From: Planctomycetota bacterium
Lineage (GTDB): Bacteria; Planctomycetota; MHYJ01; JACPTZ01
Reading direction: 5' to 3'
Assembly (NCBI GenBank): GCA_016192525.1
Contig: JACPTZ010000218.1
Location: 9,490 to 73,489 of the forward strand
DNA: 64,000 nucleotides
Under the pieces are notes generated by a model. That model made no database searches and was not told the DNA's origin. It was given only the letters and a program-made list of their open reading frames with translations. A program made the translations under genes and the position numbers. Position 1 is the first letter of the stretch; each line of letters starts with the position of its first letter. This document shows positions 1 through 8,079 of the stretch, in pieces.

Positions 1-1125
1 GCCACCGCCCTCGCCGAACATGTCTTGAAGGCCCTCCTCGCCAGGACGAAGATCGACCCGAAGATTGTCCAGGAGGTCATCGCCGGCTGCGTGGGGCAGT
101 CGAGCGACGCCCCCAACATCGCCCGGGTCGTCGCCCTCCGCTGCGGGATCCCGAAGGAAGTCCCCGCCTTCACCGTGGCGAGAAACTGCGCCTCCGGGTT
201 CCAGGCGATCGTCTCCGCGGCTCATAATCTCATCGCGGGCGATGCCGACGTGCAGATCGTCCTCGGCATCGAGTCGATGTCCGGGGCGCCCTACATCAAC
301 CGCGACATCCGGTTCGGAAAGAAGCTCCGCTCGTCCGAACTCGTCGACACCCTCTGGGAAGGGCTCACCGACCCGGTCTGCAACCAGCTCATGGGCCGGA
401 CGGCGGAGAACCTGGCGGAGGAGTTCGGGCTCTCGCGCGAGGCGCAGGACAAGTTCGCCGTCGAGAGCCACAAGCGGGCCTTCCGGGCCACGCGCGAGGG
501 GAAGTTCAAGGATGAGATCGCGCCGATCGAGGTGCCGAAGAAGGTGGCGGGCCGCGCCGTGGCGCCTGAACTCGTCGCGCAGGATGAGGGTCCGAACATC
601 GCCCTCAATCTCCAGGTCCTCGGACTCTACCCGACGATCTTCAAGGAGAACGGGACCGTCACCCCCGGAAACTCCTGCCCGATCAGCGACGGGGCCTGCG
701 CCCTGCTCCTCATGTCGGAGGAGCGCGCGAAGGCGCTCGGCCTCACGCCGATCGCCCTCCTGCGATCCTGGGCCTTCGCCGGACTCGAGCCGGAGCGGAT
801 GGGGCTCGGACCCACCTGCGCCACGCCGCTCGCGCTCAGGAAGGCGGGGCTCACGCTCGCCGACATGTCGCTCATCGAATTGAACGAAGCCTTCGCGGCG
901 CAGGTCCTCGCCTGCGAGAAGGTGCTGGGACTCGACCTCGCGAAGACGAACGTGAACGGCGGGGCGATCGCGCTCGGCCATCCGGTGGGGATGACCGGGG
1001 CGCGGATGTCGCTCACGATCGCCCGCGAGATGGCGCGCCGGAAGGCCCCGTTCGGACTGACCACGCTCTGCGTCGGCGGCGGCCAGGGCGGGGCGCTGGT
1101 GTGGGAGTGTGCGGGCGGCAGATGA
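1..1125 (+). CDS. acetyl-CoA acetyltransferase / 3-ketoacyl-CoA thiolase (5' end cut by window edge)
   Basis: Frame open from base 1 (ATALAEHVLKALLARTKIDP...); thiolase signatures RNCASGFQA, NEAFAAQVLA, NGGAIALGHPVGMTGAR, CVGGGQGGA; stop TGA 1123-1125. Confidence 0.9.
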   Translation, partial: ATALAEHVLKALLARTKIDPKIVQEVIAGCVGQSSDAPNIARVVALRCGIPKEVPAFTVARNCASGFQAIVSAAHNLIAGDADVQIVLGIESMSGAPYINRDIRFGKKLRSSELVDTLWEGLTDPVCNQLMGRTAENLAEEFGLSREAQDKFAVESHKRAFRATREGKFKDEIAPIEVPKKVAGRAVAPELVAQDEGPNIALNLQVLGLYPTIFKENGTVTPGNSCPISDGACALLLMSEERAKALGLTPIALLRSWAFAGLEPERMGLGPTCATPLALRKAGLTLADMSLIELNEAFAAQVLACEKVLGLDLAKTNVNGGAIALGHPVGMTGARMSLTIAREMARRKAPFGLTTLCVGGGQGGALVWECAGGR

Positions 1126-1131
1126 GGGAGT

Positions 1132-1296
1132 AGAACGTAAGACGTAAAACGTAAGGGAAAGACCTTTGGGTTCATTCGGTTGAAGCAGGCTCGTCTTGAC
1201 GCGAACCCGGAACGGAACGAACCACGAATTTCACGGATGACACCCTTCGCTCTCTTCTGTTTCAGTTGTTTCCTGCGTTTCACGTTTTACGTTTTC
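1132..1296. repeat. AT-rich imperfect palindromic intergenic element, family A copy 1 (inverted arrays of AACGTRA heptamers)
   Basis: Left arm agaacgtaagacgtaaaacgtaagg (1132-1156) versus right arm cctgcgtttcacgttttacgttttc (1272-1296); nearly identical arms recur in swapped orientation at 2522-2658. Confidence 0.8.
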
Positions 1297-1306
1297 CGAG
1301 GGCCCC

Positions 1307-2518
1307 ATGTACATCTACAAAGCCGGCGTCGTCGGGGCGGGACTCATGGGCGGCGGGATCGCGCAGGTGATCTCGTACAGCGGGCTCCCCGTCGTCCTGA
1401 AGGACGTGGACGAGAAGTACGTTCAGAAGGGGCTCGCCGCCGCCCGCGCCGTGTACGAAGGCCGGGTGAAGAAGGGGAAGATGTCGGCGGGCGAACTCGA
1501 ATCGAAGATGGCCCTCATCACCGGCACCACGAAGTGGGACGACTTCAGCGACGTGGACGTGGTGATCGAGGCGGTCCCGGAGGAGTTCGAACTGAAGAAG
1601 CGGGTGTTCGCCGAGATGGACGCGAAGTGCCCGGAGCAGACGATCCTCTGCTCCAACACCTCGGCGCTCTCAATCTCCGCCCTGGCCGCCGCCACGAAGC
1701 GGCCGGAGAAGGTGATCGGGATGCACTTCTTCTTCCCGGCCCCCGTCATGAAACTGGTGGAGGTGATCCCGGGGCTCCAGACCTCGACGGAAACGACCGA
1801 CACCATCGTCGCCTTCACCGAGTCGATCCGGAAGCTCCCGGTCCGGGTGAAGGAGTGCGCCGGGTTCCTCGTGAACCGGCTTCTCATGCCGTACGTGAAC
1901 GAGGCCGCCTTCTGCCTGCAGGAGGGGGCCGCCTCGGCGAAGGAGATCGATGCCGCGATGGTGGCCTTCGGGATGCCGATGGGGCCGTTCACCCTCACCG
2001 ACAACCTCGGCCTCGACGTCTGCACCCACGCCGGCCGCGTGATGTGGGAGGCGTACGGCCCGCGCATGGCCCCGGCCGACATCCTGGTGAAACTCTTCGA
2101 GGCGAAGCGGCTCGGCACCAAGACGGGCGGCGGGTTTTACACCTACAACGACCAGTCCGACCCGCTCCCCGCGATGATCGGGGAGATCCAGACGAACACC
2201 GGCCGGCGGGGGACCAAGTTCTCGGTCGAACGGCTGCTCTACCCGATGGTGAACGAGGCGGCCACCTGTCTCGAGGAGAACGTCTGCACGGCGACGGAGG
2301 TCGATCTCGCCATGATGGCCGGGACCGGTTTCCCGATGCCGACGGGCGGGCTCCTTCAGTGGGCCGACACGCAGGGGCTGGATGCGATCGTCGCCGCCCT
2401 GGAGGTGTGGTCGCGCGACTACGGCCCGCGTTTCTGGCCGGCGCCGCTCCTCCGCCGGATGGCGGGGGCGGGGATGACCGGCACGAAGGCCAAACGGGGG
2501 TTTCATGCGCACGAGTAG
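1307..2518 (+). CDS. 3-hydroxyacyl-CoA dehydrogenase (NAD-binding plus C-terminal dimerisation repeats)
   Basis: 403 aa; Rossmann motif VVGAGLMGGGIA at N-terminus; typical HADH core (SNTSALSI, GMHFFFPAPVMKLVEVI, GFLVNRLL). Confidence 0.9.
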   Translation: MYIYKAGVVGAGLMGGGIAQVISYSGLPVVLKDVDEKYVQKGLAAARAVYEGRVKKGKMSAGELESKMALITGTTKWDDFSDVDVVIEAVPEEFELKKRVFAEMDAKCPEQTILCSNTSALSISALAAATKRPEKVIGMHFFFPAPVMKLVEVIPGLQTSTETTDTIVAFTESIRKLPVRVKECAGFLVNRLLMPYVNEAAFCLQEGAASAKEIDAAMVAFGMPMGPFTLTDNLGLDVCTHAGRVMWEAYGPRMAPADILVKLFEAKRLGTKTGGGFYTYNDQSDPLPAMIGEIQTNTGRRGTKFSVERLLYPMVNEAATCLEENVCTATEVDLAMMAGTGFPMPTGGLLQWADTQGLDAIVAALEVWSRDYGPRFWPAPLLRRMAGAGMTGTKAKRGFHAHE

Positions 2519-2521
2519 GAA

Positions 2522-2658
2522 GAAAACGTAAAACGTGAAACGCAAGAAGAAACAGAAACGAATGAAGAAACGGAAATAGAAGCAGAACCCGAAGCGAGCA
2601 GTGGAATCCGACCCGTCCATCTCCTCTGTTTCTTACGTTTTACGTTTCACGTTCTTCC
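2522..2658. repeat. family A palindromic intergenic element, copy 2 (inverted relative to copy 1)
   Basis: gaaaacgtaaaacgtgaaacgcaag (2522-2546) is one mismatch from the reverse complement of 1272-1296; cttacgttttacgtttcacgttcttcc (2632-2658) matches the reverse complement of 1132-1156. Confidence 0.8.
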
Positions 2659-2675
2659 GTTCAGGAGGCATCCCG

Positions 2676-3458
2676 ATGTCCGATCCCCAATTCATCAAGT
2701 CGCGCATCGAAGACGGCGTCGCGATCCTTACGATCCACAGTCCGCCGGTGAACGCGCTGTCGACGCCCGTGGTCACCGAACTCCGTGACGCGTTTCTCTC
2801 GGTGAAAGCGGATCCGAAAGTGAAAGCGATCGTCATCACCGGAGAGGGGATGGTCTTCGTCGCCGGGGCCGACATCCGGGAAATCCAGAAGATCACCAGT
2901 TCCGCCATCGGGCAGGCGCTGGCGCGGAAGGGGCAGGAGTTTTTCAGCGAAATAGAGGCGTCCCGCATCCCGGTGATCGCGGCGATCAACGGTCCCTGTC
3001 TCGGGGGCGGCAACGAACTCGTCATGGCCTGCCACCTGCGGATCGCGAATGATCGCGCCCGGTTCGGGCAGCCCGAGGTCAACCTCGGCATCCTCCCCGG
3101 CTTCGGCGGCTCCCAGCGGCTTCCGCGGCTCATCGGCACGGCCAAGGCCCTCGAGTGGATGCTGACCGGTGACCTTTATTCGGCCCAGGAAGCCAAGGCG
3201 CTCGGACTCGTGAACATGGTCGTCCCCGAAGCGGCGCTCATGAAGCAGACGCTTGGACTCGCAAAGAAGATCGTCGCCAAGGGTCGCCCGGCGATCCAGG
3301 CGATCATGGAGGCCACGATGGAGGGGCGTCAGAAGCCGCTCGCCGAAGGTCTCAAGCTCGAGGCCGAGCTGTTCGGAAAGATCTGCGACACGCAGGACAT
3401 GAAGGAAGGGGTGGCGGCATTCGTCGAGAAGCGGCAGCCGAAGTTCCGGGATCAGTGA
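2676..3458 (+). CDS. enoyl-CoA hydratase (crotonase family)
   Basis: ATG 2676 preceded by AGGAGG (2664-2669); crotonase motifs FVAGADIRE, INGPCLGGGNELVMACHLRIA, GQPEVNLGILPGFGGSQRLPRLIG. Confidence 0.9.
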   Translation: MSDPQFIKSRIEDGVAILTIHSPPVNALSTPVVTELRDAFLSVKADPKVKAIVITGEGMVFVAGADIREIQKITSSAIGQALARKGQEFFSEIEASRIPVIAAINGPCLGGGNELVMACHLRIANDRARFGQPEVNLGILPGFGGSQRLPRLIGTAKALEWMLTGDLYSAQEAKALGLVNMVVPEAALMKQTLGLAKKIVAKGRPAIQAIMEATMEGRQKPLAEGLKLEAELFGKICDTQDMKEGVAAFVEKRQPKFRDQ

Positions 3459-3492
3459 CGGGTGACGGGTCATGGGTGCGAGGTAACTTGTC

Positions 3493-4653
3493 ATGGCCAT
3501 CGAATTCACGTACTCCGAAGAGCAACTGATGATCCGCGACATGGTTCGCGATTTCGTCACAAACGAGGTCAAGCCGCGGGCCGAGGAGATCGAGCGGACC
3601 GATGCGATTCCGAAGGAGCTGCTCGGCAAGGCGGCGGAACTGGGGCTGTTCGGTCTCGCCTTCCCTGAGGAGTACGGCGGGGCGGGGGCCGGAAAGGTGG
3701 GCTACTGCCTCATGCTGGAGGAACTCGCCCGCGGTTCCGGCGCCGTGGCGACGACGATCGGCGCGCATCAGTCCATCGGGGCGCAGTCGATCTTCCTCGA
3801 CGGGACCGAGGACCAGAAGAAACGCTACCTGCCGGCCCTCTGCCGCGGCGAACAGCTCGCCGCCTACTGCCTCACCGAACCCGCCTCCGGCTCCGACGCC
3901 GCCGGGCTCCAGACCACCGCCGATCCGGACGGCGACTCCTACGTCCTGAACGGCGAGAAGATCTGGGTCACGAACGGCGGGATCGCCGAGGTTTACATTG
4001 TTTTCGCCCTCACCGACAAGGCCCTCCGGGCCCACGGCGGTGTGACGGCCTTCATCGTGGAGGGCTCGTTCCCGGGCCTGAAACGCGGCAAGCCCGAACG
4101 CAAGATGGGGCTGCACGGCAGTTCCACGACGGCGGTCTCGCTCGAAAACGTGCGGGTCCCGAAGTCGAACGTGCTGGGGGAGATCGGCAAGGGGTTCATC
4201 ACCGCGATGCGGGCGCTCGATGTGGGGCGGCTTTCGCTCGGCGCCGGCTGCTGCGGGGCGGCGAAGGAGATGATCGACGTCTCCATCAAGTATGCCCAGG
4301 AGCGGCGCGCGTTCGGCGGACCGATCGCGGAGAAGGAGGCCATCCAGTTCATGCTGGCCGAGATGGCCGCGGACATTTACGTGATGGAGAGCATCGTCTA
4401 CCGCACCGCCTGGGCCTACGACGCGGGGCAGAAGATCTCCCGCGAGGCCGCGATCGTGAAGTTCGTCTGTTCGGAGGCCGGGGAGCGCGTCGTCGACAAG
4501 GCCCTGCAGATCCACGGCGGCATGGGGTACTCCGCGGAACTTCCGGTGGAGCGATACTACCGGGACGCCCGCGTGAACCGGATTTTCGAGGGAACGAACG
4601 AGATCCAGCGGCTGATCGTTGCGACGGATCTGCTGAAGAAGGGGAGATACTAG
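3493..4653 (+). CDS. acyl-CoA dehydrogenase
   Basis: 386 aa; ACAD motifs AYCLTEPASGSDAAG, KIWVTNGG, QIHGGMGYS..ERYYRDARVNRIFEGTNEIQ. Confidence 0.9.
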   Translation: MAIEFTYSEEQLMIRDMVRDFVTNEVKPRAEEIERTDAIPKELLGKAAELGLFGLAFPEEYGGAGAGKVGYCLMLEELARGSGAVATTIGAHQSIGAQSIFLDGTEDQKKRYLPALCRGEQLAAYCLTEPASGSDAAGLQTTADPDGDSYVLNGEKIWVTNGGIAEVYIVFALTDKALRAHGGVTAFIVEGSFPGLKRGKPERKMGLHGSSTTAVSLENVRVPKSNVLGEIGKGFITAMRALDVGRLSLGAGCCGAAKEMIDVSIKYAQERRAFGGPIAEKEAIQFMLAEMAADIYVMESIVYRTAWAYDAGQKISREAAIVKFVCSEAGERVVDKALQIHGGMGYSAELPVERYYRDARVNRIFEGTNEIQRLIVATDLLKKGRY

Positions 4654-4676
4654 AGGTCGCGTCAAGGAGGCACGCC

Positions 4677-5153
4677 ATGGCCCAGACGCCGAACGCGGGA
4701 AAAAAGCCGCCCGCAAAGAAAGAGACCGGCCCGGCCCGAAAGGGGCATCCGTTGATGACGTTTGAGGAGCTCATCAACCAGGTTTGCGCCGAACGCGGGT
4801 GGCCGTACCGCAGGACGGGCGAAAACGCCGTCGAAGTGGAGATCGCCCTCGACAAGGGTCGGAAGCAGAAGGTGACGCTGGAGACCTACGAGGAGGAGGA
4901 TGAAACCCTGACCCGCGTGAAGACGATCATTGGCCCGGCCGACTCCCTCTCCCTCCAGCAGACGAACGCCGCGCTGGGAATGAACGCGCACATGCGATTC
5001 GGCGCCTTCGCGATCGACAGCGGAAACCTGTGCCTCGTCGATTCGTACCTGCTCCGGGACGCCGACCCCGACGAGGTGGCGGAATCGGTCCGCTTCCTCG
5101 GCCGGCAGGGCGATTTCTGCGAGAAGTACGTGTACCGTCAGGACAAGCACTAG
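4677..5153 (+). CDS. hypothetical cytoplasmic protein, possibly YbjN-like
   Basis: 158-aa ORF with good GC3 bias, K/P-rich N-terminus; family call is weak recollection only; its TAG stop is the first 3 nt of repeat B1. Confidence 0.5.
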   Translation: MAQTPNAGKKPPAKKETGPARKGHPLMTFEELINQVCAERGWPYRRTGENAVEVEIALDKGRKQKVTLETYEEEDETLTRVKTIIGPADSLSLQQTNAALGMNAHMRFGAFAIDSGNLCLVDSYLLRDADPDEVAESVRFLGRQGDFCEKYVYRQDKH

Positions 5154-5361
5154 CCCGGATTGTTCAGGAATTCTTGTGAGTTCTCGTACGAGACAGCGTT
5201 CATGCGGATCCCCGAGACCCCGAGTAGGCGCGGCCGTTCACGCGCCGTAACGAGGGGCCAGCCCTGACGGCGGGGCACAAATGCCTGAGCCGCCCCTCGT
5301 TACGCGGCCTGCGGGCCGCTACTCGGGGCTACGGTGCTCCTTTCATGAATGATCCGGGCTA
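5151..5361. mobile_element. MITE-like nested-palindrome element, family B copy 1 (TA-flanked terminal inverted repeats)
   Basis: ta-GCCCGGATTgTTCAgGAA ... TTCATGAATgATCCGGGC-ta; internal pairs ccccgagtag/ctactcgggg and cgtaacgagggg/cccctcgttacg; about 85 percent identical by eye to 20115-20330. Confidence 0.75.
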
Positions 5362-5372
5362 GAGCCCCGACT

Positions 5373-6086
5373 ATGCACCTGATCGCCCTCGTCAAACCGG
5401 TCCCCGATCTCGCGAACCTCTCCATCTCGCGGGGGCAGCAGGCGATTTTCGAGAAGTCGAAGCGCCTCCTTAATCCCGCCGACGAATCCGCCGTGGAGGC
5501 GGCTCTGCTCTGGAGGGCGGCCCTCGGGGGCGCCGTCACCGTTCTTGCCCTGGTGTCCGAACGCGATATAGAGGTGATCCGCAAGCCGCTGGCGATGGGG
5601 GCCGAGGCCGCCGTCGCGGTGGTGGAGACGTCCGTCGCCGACGCGCTGTCGGGGGGGGGCGCTCCAGCGCTCCTCCTCTCCGCGGCCATCCGGAAGATCG
5701 CCGGGGCCGGCCCGGCGGTCATCTGCTGCGGGCCCGGCGGTCGTCCGGGCGGCGGCAGCGCCCAGACCGGCCCGCGAATCGCCGAAGCGCTGGGCTGGCC
5801 GTGCGCGGTCGGGGTCACCTCGGCGGCGGTCGCGGACGACTCCGGCCTCGAAGTCCGGGAGAGGGTCCGTGGCGGAGAGCGCACCCGCCGGATGACGCTC
5901 CCGGCGGTCTGCGTGGTCGATCCGGCGGCGTTCAAGCCGCGGGCGGCGAATGCGCTCGCCATCATGAAGGCGGTCAAGCGGCCGGTGACGCGGTGGACCC
6001 TGGGCGACCTGGGGCTCGATCCGGCGGCCGTGGAGCAGCGTCTCGCGGCGCTCGCAGTCTCGGGCCGGCAACTGGCGGAGGAGTGA
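5373..6086 (+). CDS. etfB: electron transfer flavoprotein beta subunit
   Basis: MHLIALVKPVPD... typical ETF-beta N-terminus; start 5373 chosen because 5349 lies inside repeat B1; stop overlaps next start (GTGATG). Confidence 0.8.
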   Translation: MHLIALVKPVPDLANLSISRGQQAIFEKSKRLLNPADESAVEAALLWRAALGGAVTVLALVSERDIEVIRKPLAMGAEAAVAVVETSVADALSGGGAPALLLSAAIRKIAGAGPAVICCGPGGRPGGGSAQTGPRIAEALGWPCAVGVTSAAVADDSGLEVRERVRGGERTRRMTLPAVCVVDPAAFKPRAANALAIMKAVKRPVTRWTLGDLGLDPAAVEQRLAALAVSGRQLAEE

Positions 6087-6724
6087 TGGGGCCATCTACT
6101 TGCAGCATTCCGGTCCCCGCCAAAGATCAGTGGCGCGACATCGCCGTCGTCATCGCCGCCGACTCCGGGGGAGGTCTGGGCGACGGCGAGGCCCGGCTCC
6201 TCGCGGCCGCGCGCACGATAGCGGATCAGTTCGGATGCTATGTCTGGGCTGTGTCGCTCGACCCGCTCTCCGAAGCGACGGCCCGCGCCGCGATCGGGAA
6301 CGGGGCGGACGCCGTGGAGGCGCCGTCCGCCCCGGGCGTCGGGGGCGTGGAAGAGATCACGGACCGTCTCGCCGCTTTCACCACATCGCGCCGGCCCGAG
6401 TCGGTCCTCGGGGCACCTGAGCCGATCCTGCATGCGGCTTTGGCGCGCCTCGCGGAGCGGATCCAGGCCCCGTTCGTGGCGGGCGGGATCGCGCTGGTGG
6501 AGGACCCATCGGCCCGAACCCTCTCGGTCCGCGTCGCAGGGTATGGCGGGCGTCTCCTGACGGACCTGGTCTCTCCGACCGCCCGACCGTTCTTCGCCAC
6601 GGTCGCCCCGGAATCGCTTCCGCCCCCCTTCCCGAATCCGGGCCGGGAGGGGGAGATGGTCTTTCCCGTGGAGATCGCGGGCCAAAAAGTCTCGACAATC
6701 CCGCCCGGGGAACGGCAGAATTGA
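6086..6724 (+). CDS. ETF alpha-like protein, N-terminal domain only (no FAD-binding C-terminal domain)
   Basis: 212 aa; ATG 6086 overlaps etfB TGA (6084-6086); resembles ETF-alpha domain I (IAVVIAADSG.., GADAV, RLLTDLVSPTARPFFATV) but stops before the region that normally carries the FAD-binding signature. Confidence 0.6.
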   Translation: MGPSTCSIPVPAKDQWRDIAVVIAADSGGGLGDGEARLLAAARTIADQFGCYVWAVSLDPLSEATARAAIGNGADAVEAPSAPGVGGVEEITDRLAAFTTSRRPESVLGAPEPILHAALARLAERIQAPFVAGGIALVEDPSARTLSVRVAGYGGRLLTDLVSPTARPFFATVAPESLPPPFPNPGREGEMVFPVEIAGQKVSTIPPGERQN

Positions 6725-6789
6725 CCTGCTGGAAGGAGGGCCCGGTCCCTTCGCCCCCGCCGCCGCGACACCCCTGAGGAGTTCTCCCC

Positions 6790-8079
6790 ATGGCCGAAGA
6801 AAGCCTGACCGTACGCGACAACCGGACCGGGAAGGAGTACGTCCTGCCGATCACGAACGGCACGGTCCCGGCCCCCAAATTCCGGGACATCAAGACCGGT
6901 CCCGACGACTTCGGTCTGATGTGCTACGACCCGGCCCTCAACAACACCGCCGTCTGCAAGAGCCGGATCACGTACATCGACGGGGACAAGGGAATCCTCG
7001 AGTATCGCGGCTACCCGATCGAGCAGCTCGCCGAGAAGAGCACCTACCTCGAAGTGGCCTATCTGGTCCTCCACGGCGAACTGCCGACGTCCGAGCAGCT
7101 CAAGCAGTGGATTCACGACATCACGCATCACACGATCATCCACGAGAACATCAAACGCTTCATCGGCTCGTTCCATCACGACGCCCACCCCATGGGGATC
7201 CTCTGCGGCACCGTGGGGGCGATGTCCACCTTCTACCCGAGCGCCAAGAACATCGAAGACTCCGAATGCCGCGCGCTCCAGATCCGGCGGCTCATCGCCA
7301 AGATGCCGACGATCGCGGCCTTCGCCTACCGGCACAGCGTGGGGATGCCGGTCGTCTATCCGGACAACGACCTCTCCTACACCGCGAACTTCCTCAGCAT
7401 GATGAACAAGATGACGGAACTGAAGTATCAGCCCGACCCGGTGCTGGTCCGGGCCCTCGACGTGCTCTTCATCCTGCATGCCGACCACGAGCAGAACTGT
7501 TCGACGAGCGCGGTCCGGGTGGTGGGAAGTTCGAGGGTGGATCCGTACTCGGCGCTGGCGGCGGGGATTGCGGCGCTCTACGGGCCGCTCCACGGCGGGG
7601 CGAACGAGGCGGTCCTGCGGATGCTGCAGGAGATCGGCTCGAAGGACAAGATCCCGGCCCTGATCAGGAAGGTGAAGGCGAAGGAAGCCCTCCTCATGGG
7701 GTTCGGGCACCGGGTCTACAAGAACTTCGATCCCCGGGCGAAGATCATCAAGGTGCTGGCCGATCAGGTGTTCGACCGGGTCCCGCGGAATCCGCTGCTC
7801 GACATCGCCCTCGAACTGGAGCGGATCGCGCTCCAGGACGACTACTTCATCCAGCACAAGCTGTATCCGAACGTCGACTTCTACTCGGGGCTGATCTACC
7901 AGTCGCTCCGTTTCCCGGTGGACATGTTCCCGGTCCTCTTCGCGATCGCCCGCACCTCGGGCTGGCTCGCGCAGTGGGAGGAGATGATCCTCGACGAGAA
8001 GGAGCAGCGGATCGCCCGCCCGCGGCAGGTCTATCTCGGCGCCAAACGCCGGGAGTATGTAGCGATCGAGAAGAGGTAA
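6790..8079 (+). CDS. gltA: citrate synthase
   Basis: 429 aa; ILHADHEQNCSTSAVR, GPLHGGANE, GFGHRVYKNFDPRA signatures. Confidence 0.95.
   Translation: MAEESLTVRDNRTGKEYVLPITNGTVPAPKFRDIKTGPDDFGLMCYDPALNNTAVCKSRITYIDGDKGILEYRGYPIEQLAEKSTYLEVAYLVLHGELPTSEQLKQWIHDITHHTIIHENIKRFIGSFHHDAHPMGILCGTVGAMSTFYPSAKNIEDSECRALQIRRLIAKMPTIAAFAYRHSVGMPVVYPDNDLSYTANFLSMMNKMTELKYQPDPVLVRALDVLFILHADHEQNCSTSAVRVVGSSRVDPYSALAAGIAALYGPLHGGANEAVLRMLQEIGSKDKIPALIRKVKAKEALLMGFGHRVYKNFDPRAKIIKVLADQVFDRVPRNPLLDIALELERIALQDDYFIQHKLYPNVDFYSGLIYQSLRFPVDMFPVLFAIARTSGWLAQWEEMILDEKEQRIARPRQVYLGAKRREYVAIEKR

Noticed and set aside
6921-8078. N-terminal 386 aa of the 1250-aa track ORF 6921-10673
   Set aside because: This part lies inside gltA in another frame and is Arg/Pro-rich. 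A signal peptide begins at ATG 8079, overlapping the gltA stop codon, so only 8079-10673 is called.
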